DNA from: Euglena gracilis
Taxonomy: Eukaryota
DNA: 64,000 bases
Assembly (NCBI GenBank): GCA_039621445.1
Contig: CP154954.1
Coordinates: 41,843,572-41,907,571 of the forward strand
Direction of reading: 5' to 3'
The translations under genes and the position numbers were made by a program. Within the stretch, counting starts at the first letter, position 1. Each line of letters begins with the position of its first letter. The notes beneath the pieces were generated by a model that had not been told where the DNA came from, did not search any database, and saw nothing but the letters and a program-made list of their open reading frames with translations. Positions 25,962 through 38,233 of the stretch are shown here, in pieces.

Positions 25962-27087
25962 AGCGTTATCAAAGCGCTTTTACGCTTTTATGGGTGATTT
26001 TGGACAAAATGGGGGTACCCCCCCCTGAAGCCACCACTGACCAAGTGGTTGACGCTTTAATTCAACTGTTTCAATTTTCAAAGGCCCAAGCACGCAATGC
26101 ATACAGTGCTATGCTATTAATCCCTGGCTTTGGGGGCCTGAGGTTCCATACCATGTTAGCACCTTATAAAAGGCTTTGGAACCAAAACCTGGAGAAATAT
26201 GGTGCATTCTGGGATCCCCTCCCAATCCTCCTGGGGCTGGCACAGTCCCCCCTGCCCTCTGATATTTGTACATTGCGTACACAACTCATTTTCTGTTCAC
26301 GCATCCTCTGTTTATACAGAAGTTCAGATTTGGCACAGGTCCAAAGAACCACCAGTGTGTTGGGGGGGGCACCCTACATCAAAATTAAACGTAAAGGGCA
26401 AAAGCTCCATAAGTGGGAGAGAGTTGTCTCCATTCCCCAGTGCCCCCAAATCAGCCCCTTTCATTTAATGATGGCTTATGTGGCAGCAACACGTTTCTTT
26501 ATGAAACCTGGGGGCCCCCTGTTAATTACGTTAAAACCCCCCTACAAAGCCATTAAGGCAGATACCATTGCTTCTATCACCAAAGAATTTTTGACCAAAC
26601 AGGGGGTACCCCCCAGGTTTGGGGACCCCACTCCACCAGAGGGGCAGGGGTTGGTTTACTCAAAAAATTGGGCCTTTCTGCCCAAGAAGTTTGTGAAATT
26701 GGTCAATGGAAGGGGGTGGAGGCTTTCACAGCCCACTATCAAAGACTTGGTGCCCAAGGTTCTTTGGAGAATGCCCTGGCCCCCCTTTTTTCAGTGCACA
26801 ATCTGGCCTCACAATGGCAAAGTGCGGAGCCCGAGGTGTCTCGTACTCCCTCGAGGCAGACCGAGAAGGGAGGAAGGGACACCGAGGGCGAAGCACAAAG
26901 ACATTGTGAGCCCGACCCCCCCACCCACATACGAAAATTTGTCTTCAAACGCCCTCGGTCAGAAGATGGGGGCCAGGGGGGGGCAGAGGGGGGGGGACCC
27001 CCCCAGGGGAAAAGACAGCGCCATGGTCGCCACGTCGGAGACAATGCAGCCAACTTCGGCGAGGCGGCACTAAGCGGGACCTCCTAA
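25361..27087 (+). CDS. Tyrosine recombinase of copy E (one frameshift near 26610)
   Basis: LYRSSDLA and KRKG in 25361..27073; HSTRG, IGQW and FTAHY in the frame ending at 27087. Confidence 0.93.
26805..26910. repeat. Copy E ICR
   Basis: 26805-26842 is the reverse complement of 22433-22470; 26843-26910 is the reverse complement of the right end up to 27206. Confidence 0.95.
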
Positions 27088-27357
27088 CCCAGCGCAGCGA
27101 ACAATCACACAGCAAACCGCCGGCGAGCAAGGCATGGCCTCACAATGTCTTTGTGCTTCGCCCTCGGTGTCCCTTCCTCCCTTCTCGGTCTGCCTCGAGG
27201 GAGTACGAAAAGAGCCTCCCCGTTGTTTAAAACTTGCGGTCTTGAAGAAAAAAACAGGGGTACCCCTTGAAGGCAACCAAAGCTGCCGCAGCTCCCCCCC
27301 AGGTCCCCATTCGCGAGGCCGGGACAGTGCTCCCAGTGGTTTGGTTTTGGTATGCCC

Positions 27358-27420
27358 CTCGCACTCCCTCGAGGCAAAATGCCAAGGGAGGAAGGGACAC
27401 CGAGGGCGAAGCACAACGAC
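27358..27420 (-). mobile_element. Solo DIRS right-end fragment (family 2)
   Basis: ctcgcactccctcgagg...gggacaccgagggcgaagcacaa matches the right extension of B, D and E. Confidence 0.8.
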
Positions 27421-30400
27421 CTTTTGAGAAGGGTTTTCCAGGGGGGGAATCTAAACAATAAAATACCGAAACAACAGTTCACCTAAACAGTTTGGCCCCC
27501 CACGTCCAAAAGTGCCGTTTTGGGCACTTTTTGAGGCAAAAATTTGTCAAAAATGCAAAAAAGGAGGAAGGAAAGTTTTGATTTTTGGGGGGTCCTGGTA
27601 CCCTTGGGAGGTGGGGGGGTCCGGTCCACGGGGGGGTGCCCCCACCAAAACCCGCACACCCTCCTTACATCGAACCCTGAGACCGAAGCCTCGTCTTCCT
27701 TCGGTCTCGGTCAAGGTGGACGTGCTTCGCTGTCGGTGTCCCCATCAACCCTTCAATGCGAGGTCATAATTTCCACAAAATAATTTCCGGTGGGCCAAAA
27801 AAAAAACCCAGGGTGACAGCGACGGGCAGGTGCGAGAACTTTGTCAAATTGGCTGACTTTGCGTTCGGCTTGGTTCTTGCGTTCGAACCGCAACGAAACC
27901 AGAAATGTTTCCACCAATATGAACAAGGAACTGCATGACTGCACGGTGAGCAGGATATCTCCAACACAGGCAGGCAGGCCTGATATGGGCGAGTACAGGT
28001 TTGGATGCAAGCCGAGCTGACCCGGTGGCTGGAGGACATACTTGAATGACCCACTGACCTTTCTGATAATTGCCATTTGCCCAACTGAAGATAAGGCACA
28101 AAGCCACCATGCTGATGTTGCCATTCCACCGCCAGGATGCATTTAAAAAAGGCAAACACAGACAAATTTCCTTCTTTGGAAGGCGGCTGCCCTGCCGTTT
28201 GATGTGGGTGACCGCGACAAAAAAAAGCACATGATTTTCACTATCCAAAGAGCAAATGAGGCTTCCACCGCCCCTCAGGTCCTGCAGACCGCACACTTTT
28301 GCTTGGGGGCATGTTTGTCACCAGTTGCCCCAGTAGTGGTCAGCAAAAAAACAAATAGTTTGCGTGGTCTGCAGTGAGGGCTTTTCAAAAAGGTTTGTGA
28401 ACAACGTGGGGCAACTTTTGACACTCTGGACGACTGGCTCGTGACGTTTTTTAAATCAAAAAAAATTGGGCTAGTGTGGGGGGGGCAGGGTGGCGAATTG
28501 GTGCAAATGGCAGAAACTGGGACGGGGGACATTCACAAAAACCTGAAACATAAAAGCAAGAGGCATGGGTCCGGGGTCTGCAGAGGATGATGGAAGACGG
28601 GAACAAATACAGCAAGTCCTGGCGTCGAACCCTGGGAAAAAAAATAGCAAGCAATATAAAGCAAGCAACACAAAAGTGCGGCTGCGTTGATCCACAGCAG
28701 AGTTCCGACTTCAAAGAACATGAAATCAACGTTCCTTTGATGCATGTCCAGTCATCTCAATTTTCGACCCCCATTTTTTTTTTGCTTTGGCTGGCCGAAG
28801 GAATGACCAATCCCTGACCAAGTCTGGTTTGGTGGTCAACCCTTTGGGAGTGGGGCGTTCAATTCATGTAGCACCCCCCCCCCCCAATAAAGCAACCCCT
28901 TTTTGCATGCAACCCCCAATTATAAACAACCCAATGATGAGCAACCCTCAGAGCCAATTTTCGGAAACCCAAATACACGCCATCGGTTGCTTGCTTTTGG
29001 GGGGTTACATTTCCAGAAGCAAAAAGCAAATACTTATCCTGGTTTGCTGGTTTGGTTTTGAGCCATGCGTGGGATGGGAGAGTTAATGAGGTCAAACCAC
29101 CAGCCATTTTTTTTTAATTGGTTGTGGAAAATTCTGGTTGGTGGTAAATTTTTTGGGGAGGGCTCAATCTTTCCATAGTTTGATAAAGGAAAAAAAAACA
29201 CTGAGAGGCGAAATGCAAAGACCTTATTTGGTAATCATCTGTCCCGCCCTGCTTGTTCTAGTCAGTAAATTTGACTGTGCAATTAGGCAGACAAACAGGG
29301 GGGGGGGTGTCTTTCTACCCAAGGCCTCAAGAGAGAGCGTTCGTGGAGGCAGGCACCTTGGAGAACAAAAATTGGATTGGATTGAGTTGGATTGGATTAT
29401 GACGGCTTCGTCTGAACGAGCAATGCTTTTGCTTTGAAAAAGAGTTACTGCTGTTGAAATCGGGGAAAGACTTTGCAGATATTTCATTCCATCACCTGCA
29501 GAATAAGAATCTTAATACGCCGACCTCATTCTAGCGTCCTGCTGGGAAAGAAACCGCCGGCTGCTAAATGAGGAGGACCCTTTCAGAAAAAAAAACCCAG
29601 TACAAGGCGGTGGAAAAAAATTGGAGATCCAAAAAATCCCAAAATTAGAAAAAAAATGGAGATCCAAAAACGCCCCAAAGTCGTGTTTTCGAGCATTATT
29701 ATTTTTTTAAAAAAATAGGGGTGCGGAAACCGGACCCCCAATTGGGGCCCTTGGGGATGGTCCAACCTCCTGTGCAAAAACAAAGCTCACTTAAAACCTG
29801 GTCCCGATTTCGGAAATCTGCTAGCCGGCGACAGCAGCCACGGGTGCGGGTGCAGGTGCAGGTGCGGAGCGGCGCAAAGGTCACCGCGGTCACGCCCTGG
29901 AGGTCGGGGCTGGCGGCATGGCGTGGCCGCCCCTCTTCCCCTGCCCTCGAGGCGCGTGCAACGCGGGGTTTCCGTTCAAAGCTTTTTTCCACAGTCCCTC
30001 TCTTGGCACCCAAAAGAACCTTGCCGTTGGGGTTTTCCTTTTGAACTTGAACTCAGGCCGCTCAGGCGCGAGGGGGCTCATTTGAAGGGCCTTCGTTGGG
30101 GAATTCACCGCAGGCTGCGGACACCCCCGACGAGTTGGCCCCTCCCTCCCCTGAACCCTGAACCCCCCTCATCACAGGGAAATTGTCACATAACAGGTCC
30201 GGGAACCCTGGCAGTTCCCAGGAGGGACAGACGGCAGTTCCCTTGGGGGGGGGAGTGAAACATCACAGCCAGGGCAAAGAGCCAGGGCCATGGGGGCGTC
30301 CGGACCACGGTCCAGGGGGGCGGGGGCGGCGAGGGACCCAAGCTGCCGGATGTCGTGGATGCTGCGGTGGGGGGGGGCAGGGGAGCTGCAGGGGCAGGTG

Positions 30401-31046
30401 TGGGCTGCTGCGGGCAAGGTTGGCAGGGGTGTATGGGCCGTGGGGCCGCGGTTGACGGCGCGAAAAGCGCACACGTTTCCGGGAGCAGGTTCCGGCAGCG
30501 TAGCTCGGGCCACGAGAGAGGTCATTTCATCGTGCCCATCCAATCGCATGGTTTGGCCTCCACAACCGGTCGGTCACTGCGGAACGTTTCTGGCTCTTTC
30601 GGCATTCTGTCCTTGACAACACCAGCATTCCAGACACAGTCCATGCTGCATTCCTATGCCACGTGCGACGGTGACTGGGGAGCTGGACCAGGGGGGAGCA
30701 ACATGCATACACATACTCGACACATACTCGAACGCGGCGCACAGGGCGATGGTCTCCTCGATGCCCAGGCGGCCCCCGGGGCGCCAGTTCAGGATCGGCC
30801 CCGAGCCGATCGCCGTCTGCCCCCAACAACCCCGACCTGGCGCAGGGGACTTAGCGGCCCCAGCCACTGGTTGCATTCCCCAACCGCAACTTTTTGGAGA
30901 TGGGACTCCTTCGCAATTTCCCCCATGGGCCCCCGTGCATGTGTCTTGTCTTACGTGAAATCCAATAGTCCAAATAGAAGCGCACCCCCTGCCGCCGGGG
31001 GCGGCGGTCCTCTATAAGCGCACCCGTACTTCTATTAGGGGGGGGG

Positions 31047-31240
<194 letters not shown>

Positions 31241-32683
31241 GACTCACACTCAAGGGGGGATGAGGTTTCACTCATTGCCAAAAAAAAGCCCAGGCCCAAA
31301 GGTGCGGAGGGGGTCAGTGCAGTCAACATGGAGCATATAAAAAAAAAAACACAAGCAAAAAAAAACTTGATTTTGTTTTGCATTTTCGGTGGTGCGGGAG
31401 GAACAAAAATGTGATAACGTGTTTTCTTCAATTTTGGAACGTGATGATTTTGAAATCTGCTTTTTTGGCAAAAACTCCATAATAACAAAGAAAATTAAAA
31501 AAAACTTGGTTTCAGGAGAAAACAACATCCAAAATTCGGATTTTCAGAGTCGAAAATGCTTCCCAACTGAATTAAAAAAACACACACCGAAAAACACACA
31601 CAAAACACAAAGAAGCTCAAAAATAAAAATTTTGCAAAAAAAACCAGCAGCAAAACAACACGACAAAAACAACAACAATCGCAAAACGTGAAAATACAAA
31701 AATGTTTGTGGCCATTCCCCTGGCTAACCCCCATAAAAGATTAATTGCTGGAAACGTCCAAAGGAACCTTATTTAGAGAGGGTGTTATTTCTAGATTTTG
31801 GGTTTTGCCTTGACAGACTTGTCACAAAAATCATCATCAAAACCAAAATCATTTTCGAGTTCCCAAAAAAAAAACACGAAGATCTTCCTTCGACTTGTCA
31901 AAGAAAATTGATTTTGAGAACAGAAGACCTAGCTGGGCGGCCCATTTTGTAACCGGTTTTCTGCTTTGGTGTCCTCTGAGCTCGCACCTTTTGTACACAA
32001 AAGAATATGGAAGTTGCTTGAAGTGATTGAATTTGGCCCGGGTTTGTGTGGTTTTTAAAGCAGAAGGTTGATGAAAAGGGAGATAAAACTCAAGGAAGGA
32101 CAATTCTGTTTCTGAGGGTTGAAAAAAGCGGCTTTGTGTGTGGCCCCCTGCGAGTAAAATTGCAGGGTGGGGACTTGGATGCAGGAAGCAGAGAAAACCA
32201 AACAAAGTCAGCATGCAACATAGTTTTTGAACCATGAAGCGAATGAAGAATGGGTCGTTTCAATGGAGGGGGAATCACTCACAAAATAAATGCAAATCAA
32301 ACTTCGATGGGTATGGGTGTGTTTGAAAAAACTGTGTGCAGTCACGTTGCAGGGGAATGCTGTTTGGGACTTCAACACACACACAGACACATATTCATAA
32401 GTTTCAGTGGGCTGGCATTTTTCGGTTGCAAAATCAGGGAAGCCCCTCTCCCCAAAGGTCAGGGGGGCGTGGACAAGCTTCTGCGGCCTCCGGCGGGAGA
32501 GGCTCGGCCGGGTCCCAGCGGGCCATGCGGGCCAGGGCAGCCAGGGCGGAGAACTGCGGCGCCGTCAGCTCCCCCGAGGGGACGTTCTCTGCAGCGAGGG
32601 CCCGGCCGAAACTGACCAACCCCGGGGGCGGGGGGCAGGGGGTCTCGGAGTGCCGTGGAGTGCCTGGGCACGCAGGCAGGCAC

Positions 32684-32926
32684 TAAACCCGCCCCCCCCC
32701 CCCCAACAGAAGCGCGGGGCCGCTACAAGCGCAGGGTCCAAATAAAAGGGCACCCCCCGCCGTCGAAGGCGGCGGTCCACTGCAAGCACAACCCCCATTT
32801 TGATGGGATTTTTTAAAGCAAGTTAACAAAAATCGGGCGGGAAGGGTCCAAATAGAACCGCACCCCCCGCCGCCAGAGGTGGCAGTCCGCTGTAAATGCA
32901 CCCGCGCTTTTATTAGGGGGGGTTTA
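32684..32926. mobile_element. MITE (partial copies at ~30965-31048 and, inverted, ~43728-43812)
   Basis: TIRs taaaccc...aacagaagcgcggg / cccgcgcttttattagggggggttta; repeated gtccaaata(g/a)aa motif. Confidence 0.7.
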
Positions 32927-35399
32927 CCCCCAGCCCGGGGGGGGGGGGGGGTTGTGCCTGCCTGGTCATGGATCTAAACGTGCCCAGAGTGGCCTCTTCT
33001 GGGCTTGCGGCGCCAGAAGCAAAACCAACTTCCTTGAGGACAAATTGGAAAATATACACTTGAAAAAAGAGAAATTTGTCTCAACCGCCCCCAGAAAAAA
33101 GAAAAATCTTGGGGAAAATGCAAAAAACCCACAAACACTCTAGAAAACTGCAAATGAATCCTGGAACACACATGCACACACAAAATGCAGATGTGTTTCC
33201 TATGTAGACCCCAATTCCACTCCAAAGGCTTCATATGGCCAAGTATTCCCCCGGAGATGTTCAACTCAACACTTGAAAGGCAACATTGTGCAAATTGCAC
33301 AAACAAAGAAACAACAGATCCATTCTTTCTATCCCAAGCGTGTGCGCACACACACACACACGCGCGCGCGCGCACGCACACACACACACACAGCAGTCGC
33401 AGAGATAGGGAGTCCACCAGCGATGGAGAAGTGGTGCTGCAGCGCCGTCAAGGGCCTTCCCAGCAGGGGCGGCGAAGAAGTTGGGGGCAGTGAGGTAGCG
33501 CCTTCCACCGGGGGATCGAACCATCCCTTCCCCTGTGGCACAGCAGGCCAAGGCGTCAGGCACGCAAAACGGCCAGTGCAGAGGGGGGGGGTTGTCCCAT
33601 AATAACAATATTTCTCCCCAGGGACTGGTATGGGGACTTGTCCCTGAGACTACTCCCAAGGACTTGGGGGAAACGTCGGCAATTCAGGAATTTCCTTAAA
33701 GATGGGGGGGCCTGTGGAAAAAATGCTTGCTGGACCCCCCCCCCCCCCTGGGGGTGGGTCCGGGGGTGAGTTCCAGCTCTAACCACGCAAATCAGTAGTA
33801 TTCTCTCAAACAGCCTTTCCTTCAGACCCAGGGATGAACGGTTACACTTCCACAAGCCAGATCTGAAAAAAGCCAGATCTGTCCCTGCTGTGAGACAGCA
33901 CCCCAGCCAGGAAGAGCTCGATATAAAACTGGTGCCTCTGGTCAAGGAGGGGGGGATTGCCGCCCAAACCATTGCACAGTGGGCCAAATTGACCAAATTT
34001 CAGCCCAACCGAAAATTTGAAATCAGCCAAGAATGCGATTTCGGGCACTTTTCTTTGGTGAATTTTTGGCCAAAGTGCTGAAATTCTCTGGCGTGAAATG
34101 CTGGAGGGACTTTGGGGTTCCAGAGGGCCGGGGGACACGCCTGCAGGGGTGGGCCGGCACGGGGGGTTGCCGGGCCCGGGGGAGGGGGCAACGCTGTCGG
34201 GAGGACCAGGCCCCTTCCCCGCAGTGGGGGGTCGGGTCCCACCGACCACTGCTCCAGCCCAGTTGTGACTCACTCACCGATCACCGCCAAAGAACCCGGG
34301 ACGGCCGTGGTCCTCGTTGTGTCCTCCAACTGAACCGTTGCATGCATCAGCCGGCAGGCCATGGTTCCCATTGCATTTTCATTTTTGAGAACCGGTGCAC
34401 AAAAAAGGGGTGCTTGGATTTAGGGTGAGAGTCAGGGTTTACTCTCCAATGAGACATTTGGTCTCCTGCAATATATGCAATTGGGCAACGGCCAACTAAC
34501 TAATGCTGACACTGGTTCTGTGAGAGATAATGATAGAAAACAGAGAGCTGATAAACACATTTATTGGTTCCTCAAATGGAACATCAAGCCCTGATGACGT
34601 GAAAACGTTAAAGACGGTAATTGAGCACTTGGTATATTTTACAGGAAGGGGACAAAGCATTTGCAAGGCATAAACCACCCACCCTCCCTCTGCACCCTCC
34701 CAGATTCCACCGCAAGCTGCACAAAGGTCACGGATGCTTTCTTGCCGGGCAGGTCAGGCTTCTTTTTACCAACCCCTGTGGGAGGAGGGGCAGGGTTTGA
34801 TACAAGTCCAGGTGGTGGGTTGGACCCCTCCCCCCGTCTAGGAGGAGTGGGGGGCCATCCCCCCACCAAAACAGTGGCATGGTAAAAGTGACTGATTTTC
34901 GGTTCAGTGCGAAGCGCCGAGAAACAATTGACTTCCAAAACGGCAGTCAGTGCCTTTGGGAAAAAATTTATCGAAAATGCAAAAAAAATTCGACGCAATT
35001 GCCGGAAGGAAAACTTTGACCATTTTGGGGTTGGTACCAGGTACCCCCATGGGGTTGGTCTGGATCCCCCTGGCAGATGGGTGGGGGGGTGGGCCGAATC
35101 CCCTGGTCCAGGGAGGAGCAGTGGAGGGGGGGAGCACCCCCCCCCACCTAAATCCTGTACACACTCCTTATGTCGAATGGGGTGCCTGCCCAGCAGGCAC
35201 CCCATCCCCCGAGAGGGGTTCACAGGCATATTTCCCTTGAAAATGGCCATTTTCAGACCCCTGGGTCTATGGCAGCGGGGGTTTGGCATGACACCCACCC
35301 CAAAACCTTGCCCTCCCGGCAGGGCACCCCCTTGTCTGCTCATAGCAGTCTCTCCCACAAGGAGGTGTGACGTTCCCGAAAGAAAAAAGCATTCCAACG

Positions 35400-35600
35400 G
35401 CAGGCCCGTCTCTTCCCCGACCCCAGCCACGAGCCGCGCCGGCCCTCCATGGTGTGCCCTGGCAGAGGCCTGGGCGGTGGAGGGGCCGAGGCTGGCGGCC
35501 GACCAAGACAGGGCGGCGGGGGAGGCGGCGAGGGGATTTCTCGCACTGAAGGGGTTGGTGCCCGGGGAGATCAGCCGGTGGCCACGCTGGTCCCCAACCC
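35400..35600 (-). CDS. Candidate downstream exon, product unknown
   Basis: GC/CpG-rich island with an open minus frame; similar islands at ~34110-34330, 33400-33510, 32480-32680, 30270-30520, 29810-30130. Confidence 0.35.
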
Positions 35601-36499
35601 CAGGCAAAGCACTGGAGTCCCGGGGTTACAGTTTGGAAGTTGAGAGGTCATGAGAAACCCCCCTCCCAACCCTCAAAGACGCCATTTTGGACATTTTGGA
35701 CCTGGGGATGGGTTGCCCGGCTGGGAGCTGCTGGCTGGTGGCTGCCCCCACCCAAAGTCAGCAAGTGGAGTCCTCACATGATGACAAATCCCCTGGTGGT
35801 GGTGCTGTGTCAGCGGGGGTCCTTTGGCTGGATCGATTGGTGGATGAGGGTGGCCTGTGGCGCAGCGGAGGCAGAGAAGTGGCTGTGTGGAGTCGGTTGG
35901 CGTTCGGTCCAGCACAGTCAGAGTTCCATATTGGATGTCTCCCCTGGCCAATTTGCACTCAAAGCGCTCTGAAAAGAAGCCAGGCCGCATTTCGGAGCGA
36001 GTTTGGTCGAATTGAGGCTGACTTTTGGAGAAATGTCATTGAAAATGTGACCAAAAATTTTTTCTGAAATGGGGACCCAACTTCCAACCTTTCCCTAAAC
36101 GGGGCCAATCCTTGGCGTGCCAATCCTAACCCTAACCTTATTCCTAAGATTCAGTGTGAATCCTCCCCGAATCCAACAACAATTGCCCAGACCAAGCGCA
36201 GTTCCGGCACAAAATGGACCGAAGGATTTGGAACGTCGGACATGGGTGACTCCAACCAGGGAGGCGGGAAACTGCACACGGGACGTTCAAAAACTGCAAC
36301 AAACTTCAAACAACTGCACTCCAACAAAAAATCACAATAAAGAAGCTGAAATGGTGGTGTGAATATCCAAATCAATGTAATTTGCGACCCCATAAGCACC
36401 TCCATTCACATTTAGCATTTTTTTTGCACAGTTTTGAAGCTGCCGATGGCGAAAATGGAAGTAATCAACCAAATCACACTGTACATGTTTTCTTGTCTG

Positions 36500-37420
36500 A
36501 AACATCTTTTTGGAGAAACCATATATTTTGATTGCAAACTTGCTCATCTTCAGTAGTTGTTTGATACGCTTACTGCAGACAAAGTATGTGTTCGATGCCG
36601 GGTTGCCGACTGGTTTCCGAATTATGCCTCACATCGCCTCGGTGTAAAATTAGTGCAAATGTTGTCAGCGTTGGTGACACAGATGGCAAATTATACAGCA
36701 TTGGCAATGCCTTCCAGCTGCTGATGACCTAAAATGTCTTCCAGCGCACCACACGGCTGTCTAAATGTTGGTGAAACAAATTTCAAGTTTAGAACCTTGT
36801 GGCTTCCAAAAGCTTTTCTGATTTTTTTGTCACAAAGAAACTCTAAATCTCTGTAAAAAAGGCATTGGATGACTTCAGGTTTGAACGTTTTCTTTGTGTA
36901 ACGAAATTGCCTGAATTAAATCTTGTTCTTTTGTCATCTTCCTCAAATCCTTCTTCAGTCGCAACCCCCTCAAAGCCAATGCATCCATCTGGGAAAAAAC
37001 CCATAGCTAAGCAAAACATAACATGGGCAATGGCATTCACACACATAACAAACAAGTAATCTGAAAGTGAACCACAAGAACTGCCCTGTATTTGCGTGAT
37101 TGTTTCTCATGTGGAACGCAGTGGGCGATAATTAAGAACTCGAAACTTCTTGACATGCAAACAAGAATGATCTCTTAAATCCCATACGTTTCAATGGGTG
37201 ATGCATTCAGTCTCATTATGACAAATTTCCCATCCAAAAGTTTGTCTGTCACAGTGGCATGGAATCCAGTGTCAACTTGCGTTGTGCAAATGCCAAAAGA
37301 ACTGCAGGGGCACCTCTGAGGCCCGTAGAAACACAAAGAATGGGAAGAGTGCAACTCTCCCTCAACAGCACGTTGAAAATCCATGATTTCCCCAAAAACG
37401 TAAAATATTTCCTCCCACAA
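36500..37420 (-). pseudogene. Possible decayed hAT-family transposase
   Basis: Fragments CVNAIAHVM, TRFNS and ALEDIL...FAICVTNADN recall hAT CxxH, TRW/F and following helix motifs; many stops. Confidence 0.3.
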
Positions 37421-37552
37421 GGATTTTCACAGACACACAAATGCAAAAAGAAAACAAAACCAATCTTGGAAATCAAAATTGACATATGAGAAATTAAAAT
37501 GGGGCTATGTTGCCCTCCTGCGTTGCAAATTAAAAAGCCAACTGGTGGTTAC

Positions 37553-37918
37553 ACCTCCCCCCCTTGTCTAAGCTTGTCTAAGAACTGGAAAAGGTGGGTA
37601 AGGATGGTGCTCAATTTGCCAGAATATGGGTAAGAACCATGGAGATTACACAAGGGGGAAAAGTTTGGCTGAAAGAAAAAATCCGGCCCTTCTCGTAAAA
37701 GCGAAAAAATTCACCGTATTTTGAAGGTCCAGTGTTGAACTTACAGGCTTTTGGGTGCAAAAAAAAGGATTTTCCAAAATTTCGAAAATTTCGAGACATT
37801 TCTCTTAAAAACAGTCACAAACAAAGCCTCCCGGAGGAGATGACCATTAAAATAGATGGGTAAGAACTAGGTGGTTGCTTAGACAAGGGTGGTGCTTAGA
37901 TGGAGGGGGGGGGTAGGT
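37553..37918. mobile_element. MITE
   Basis: Imperfect TIRs acctcccccccttgtctaagc / gcttagatggagggggggggtaggt. Confidence 0.65.
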
Positions 37919-38033
37919 TCCACGCATCATCACACACGAAGGGGAGTGCTATTTTTTGAGGGGAATTAGAAAACCACCACAGTCGGCCGTTCTACCAATG
38001 GAAAGTCAACGAAAAGAACACAACACACTGAAC

Positions 38034-38233
38034 AGCGGTAGGCACTGCGGTGGGGAGCGTTGGCCATTCTGCCTTGTTGCAGCGCCGCTGCTGGACGATG
38101 GACAGCACCGCGAAGTACACCTGCCACACGGCATGGTCCCCGACGTCGACAGGGCGCATGCCTGCCGGACAGAAGGGTCGACAGACCTCGGGGCTTCCCC
38201 GCAAATTCAGTTTGCTGCCTTCTTGGCCGAGCG
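38034..38233 (-). CDS. Candidate downstream exon, product unknown
   Basis: LGQEGSKLNLRG...HAVWQVYFAVLSIVQQRR; flanked by CTG+5 and 3+CAG boundaries. Confidence 0.55.

Larger units (their letters stand above)
22433..27208 (+). mobile_element. DIRS copy E (family 2), full length, best preserved
   Basis: Left ITR 22433-22561, ICR 26805-26910, right ITR 27047-27208; all domains present, broken only by a few small frameshifts. Confidence 0.97.

Noticed and set aside
22433-27208. Programmed ribosomal frameshifts in the DIRS ORFs
   Set aside because: Shifts fall mostly in homopolymer runs at different positions in each copy, consistent with read error or decay
5563-27420. CRISPR-like array or prophage, suggested by recurring short repeats, a recombinase and a methylase
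   Set aside because: The repeats are DIRS ITR/ICR copies and the enzymes are standard DIRS domains linked to RT
36120-36140. Interstitial telomere (cctaaccctaacc; similar at ~46750 and ~53700)
   Set aside because: Only one or two degenerate units; more likely part of a dispersed repeat
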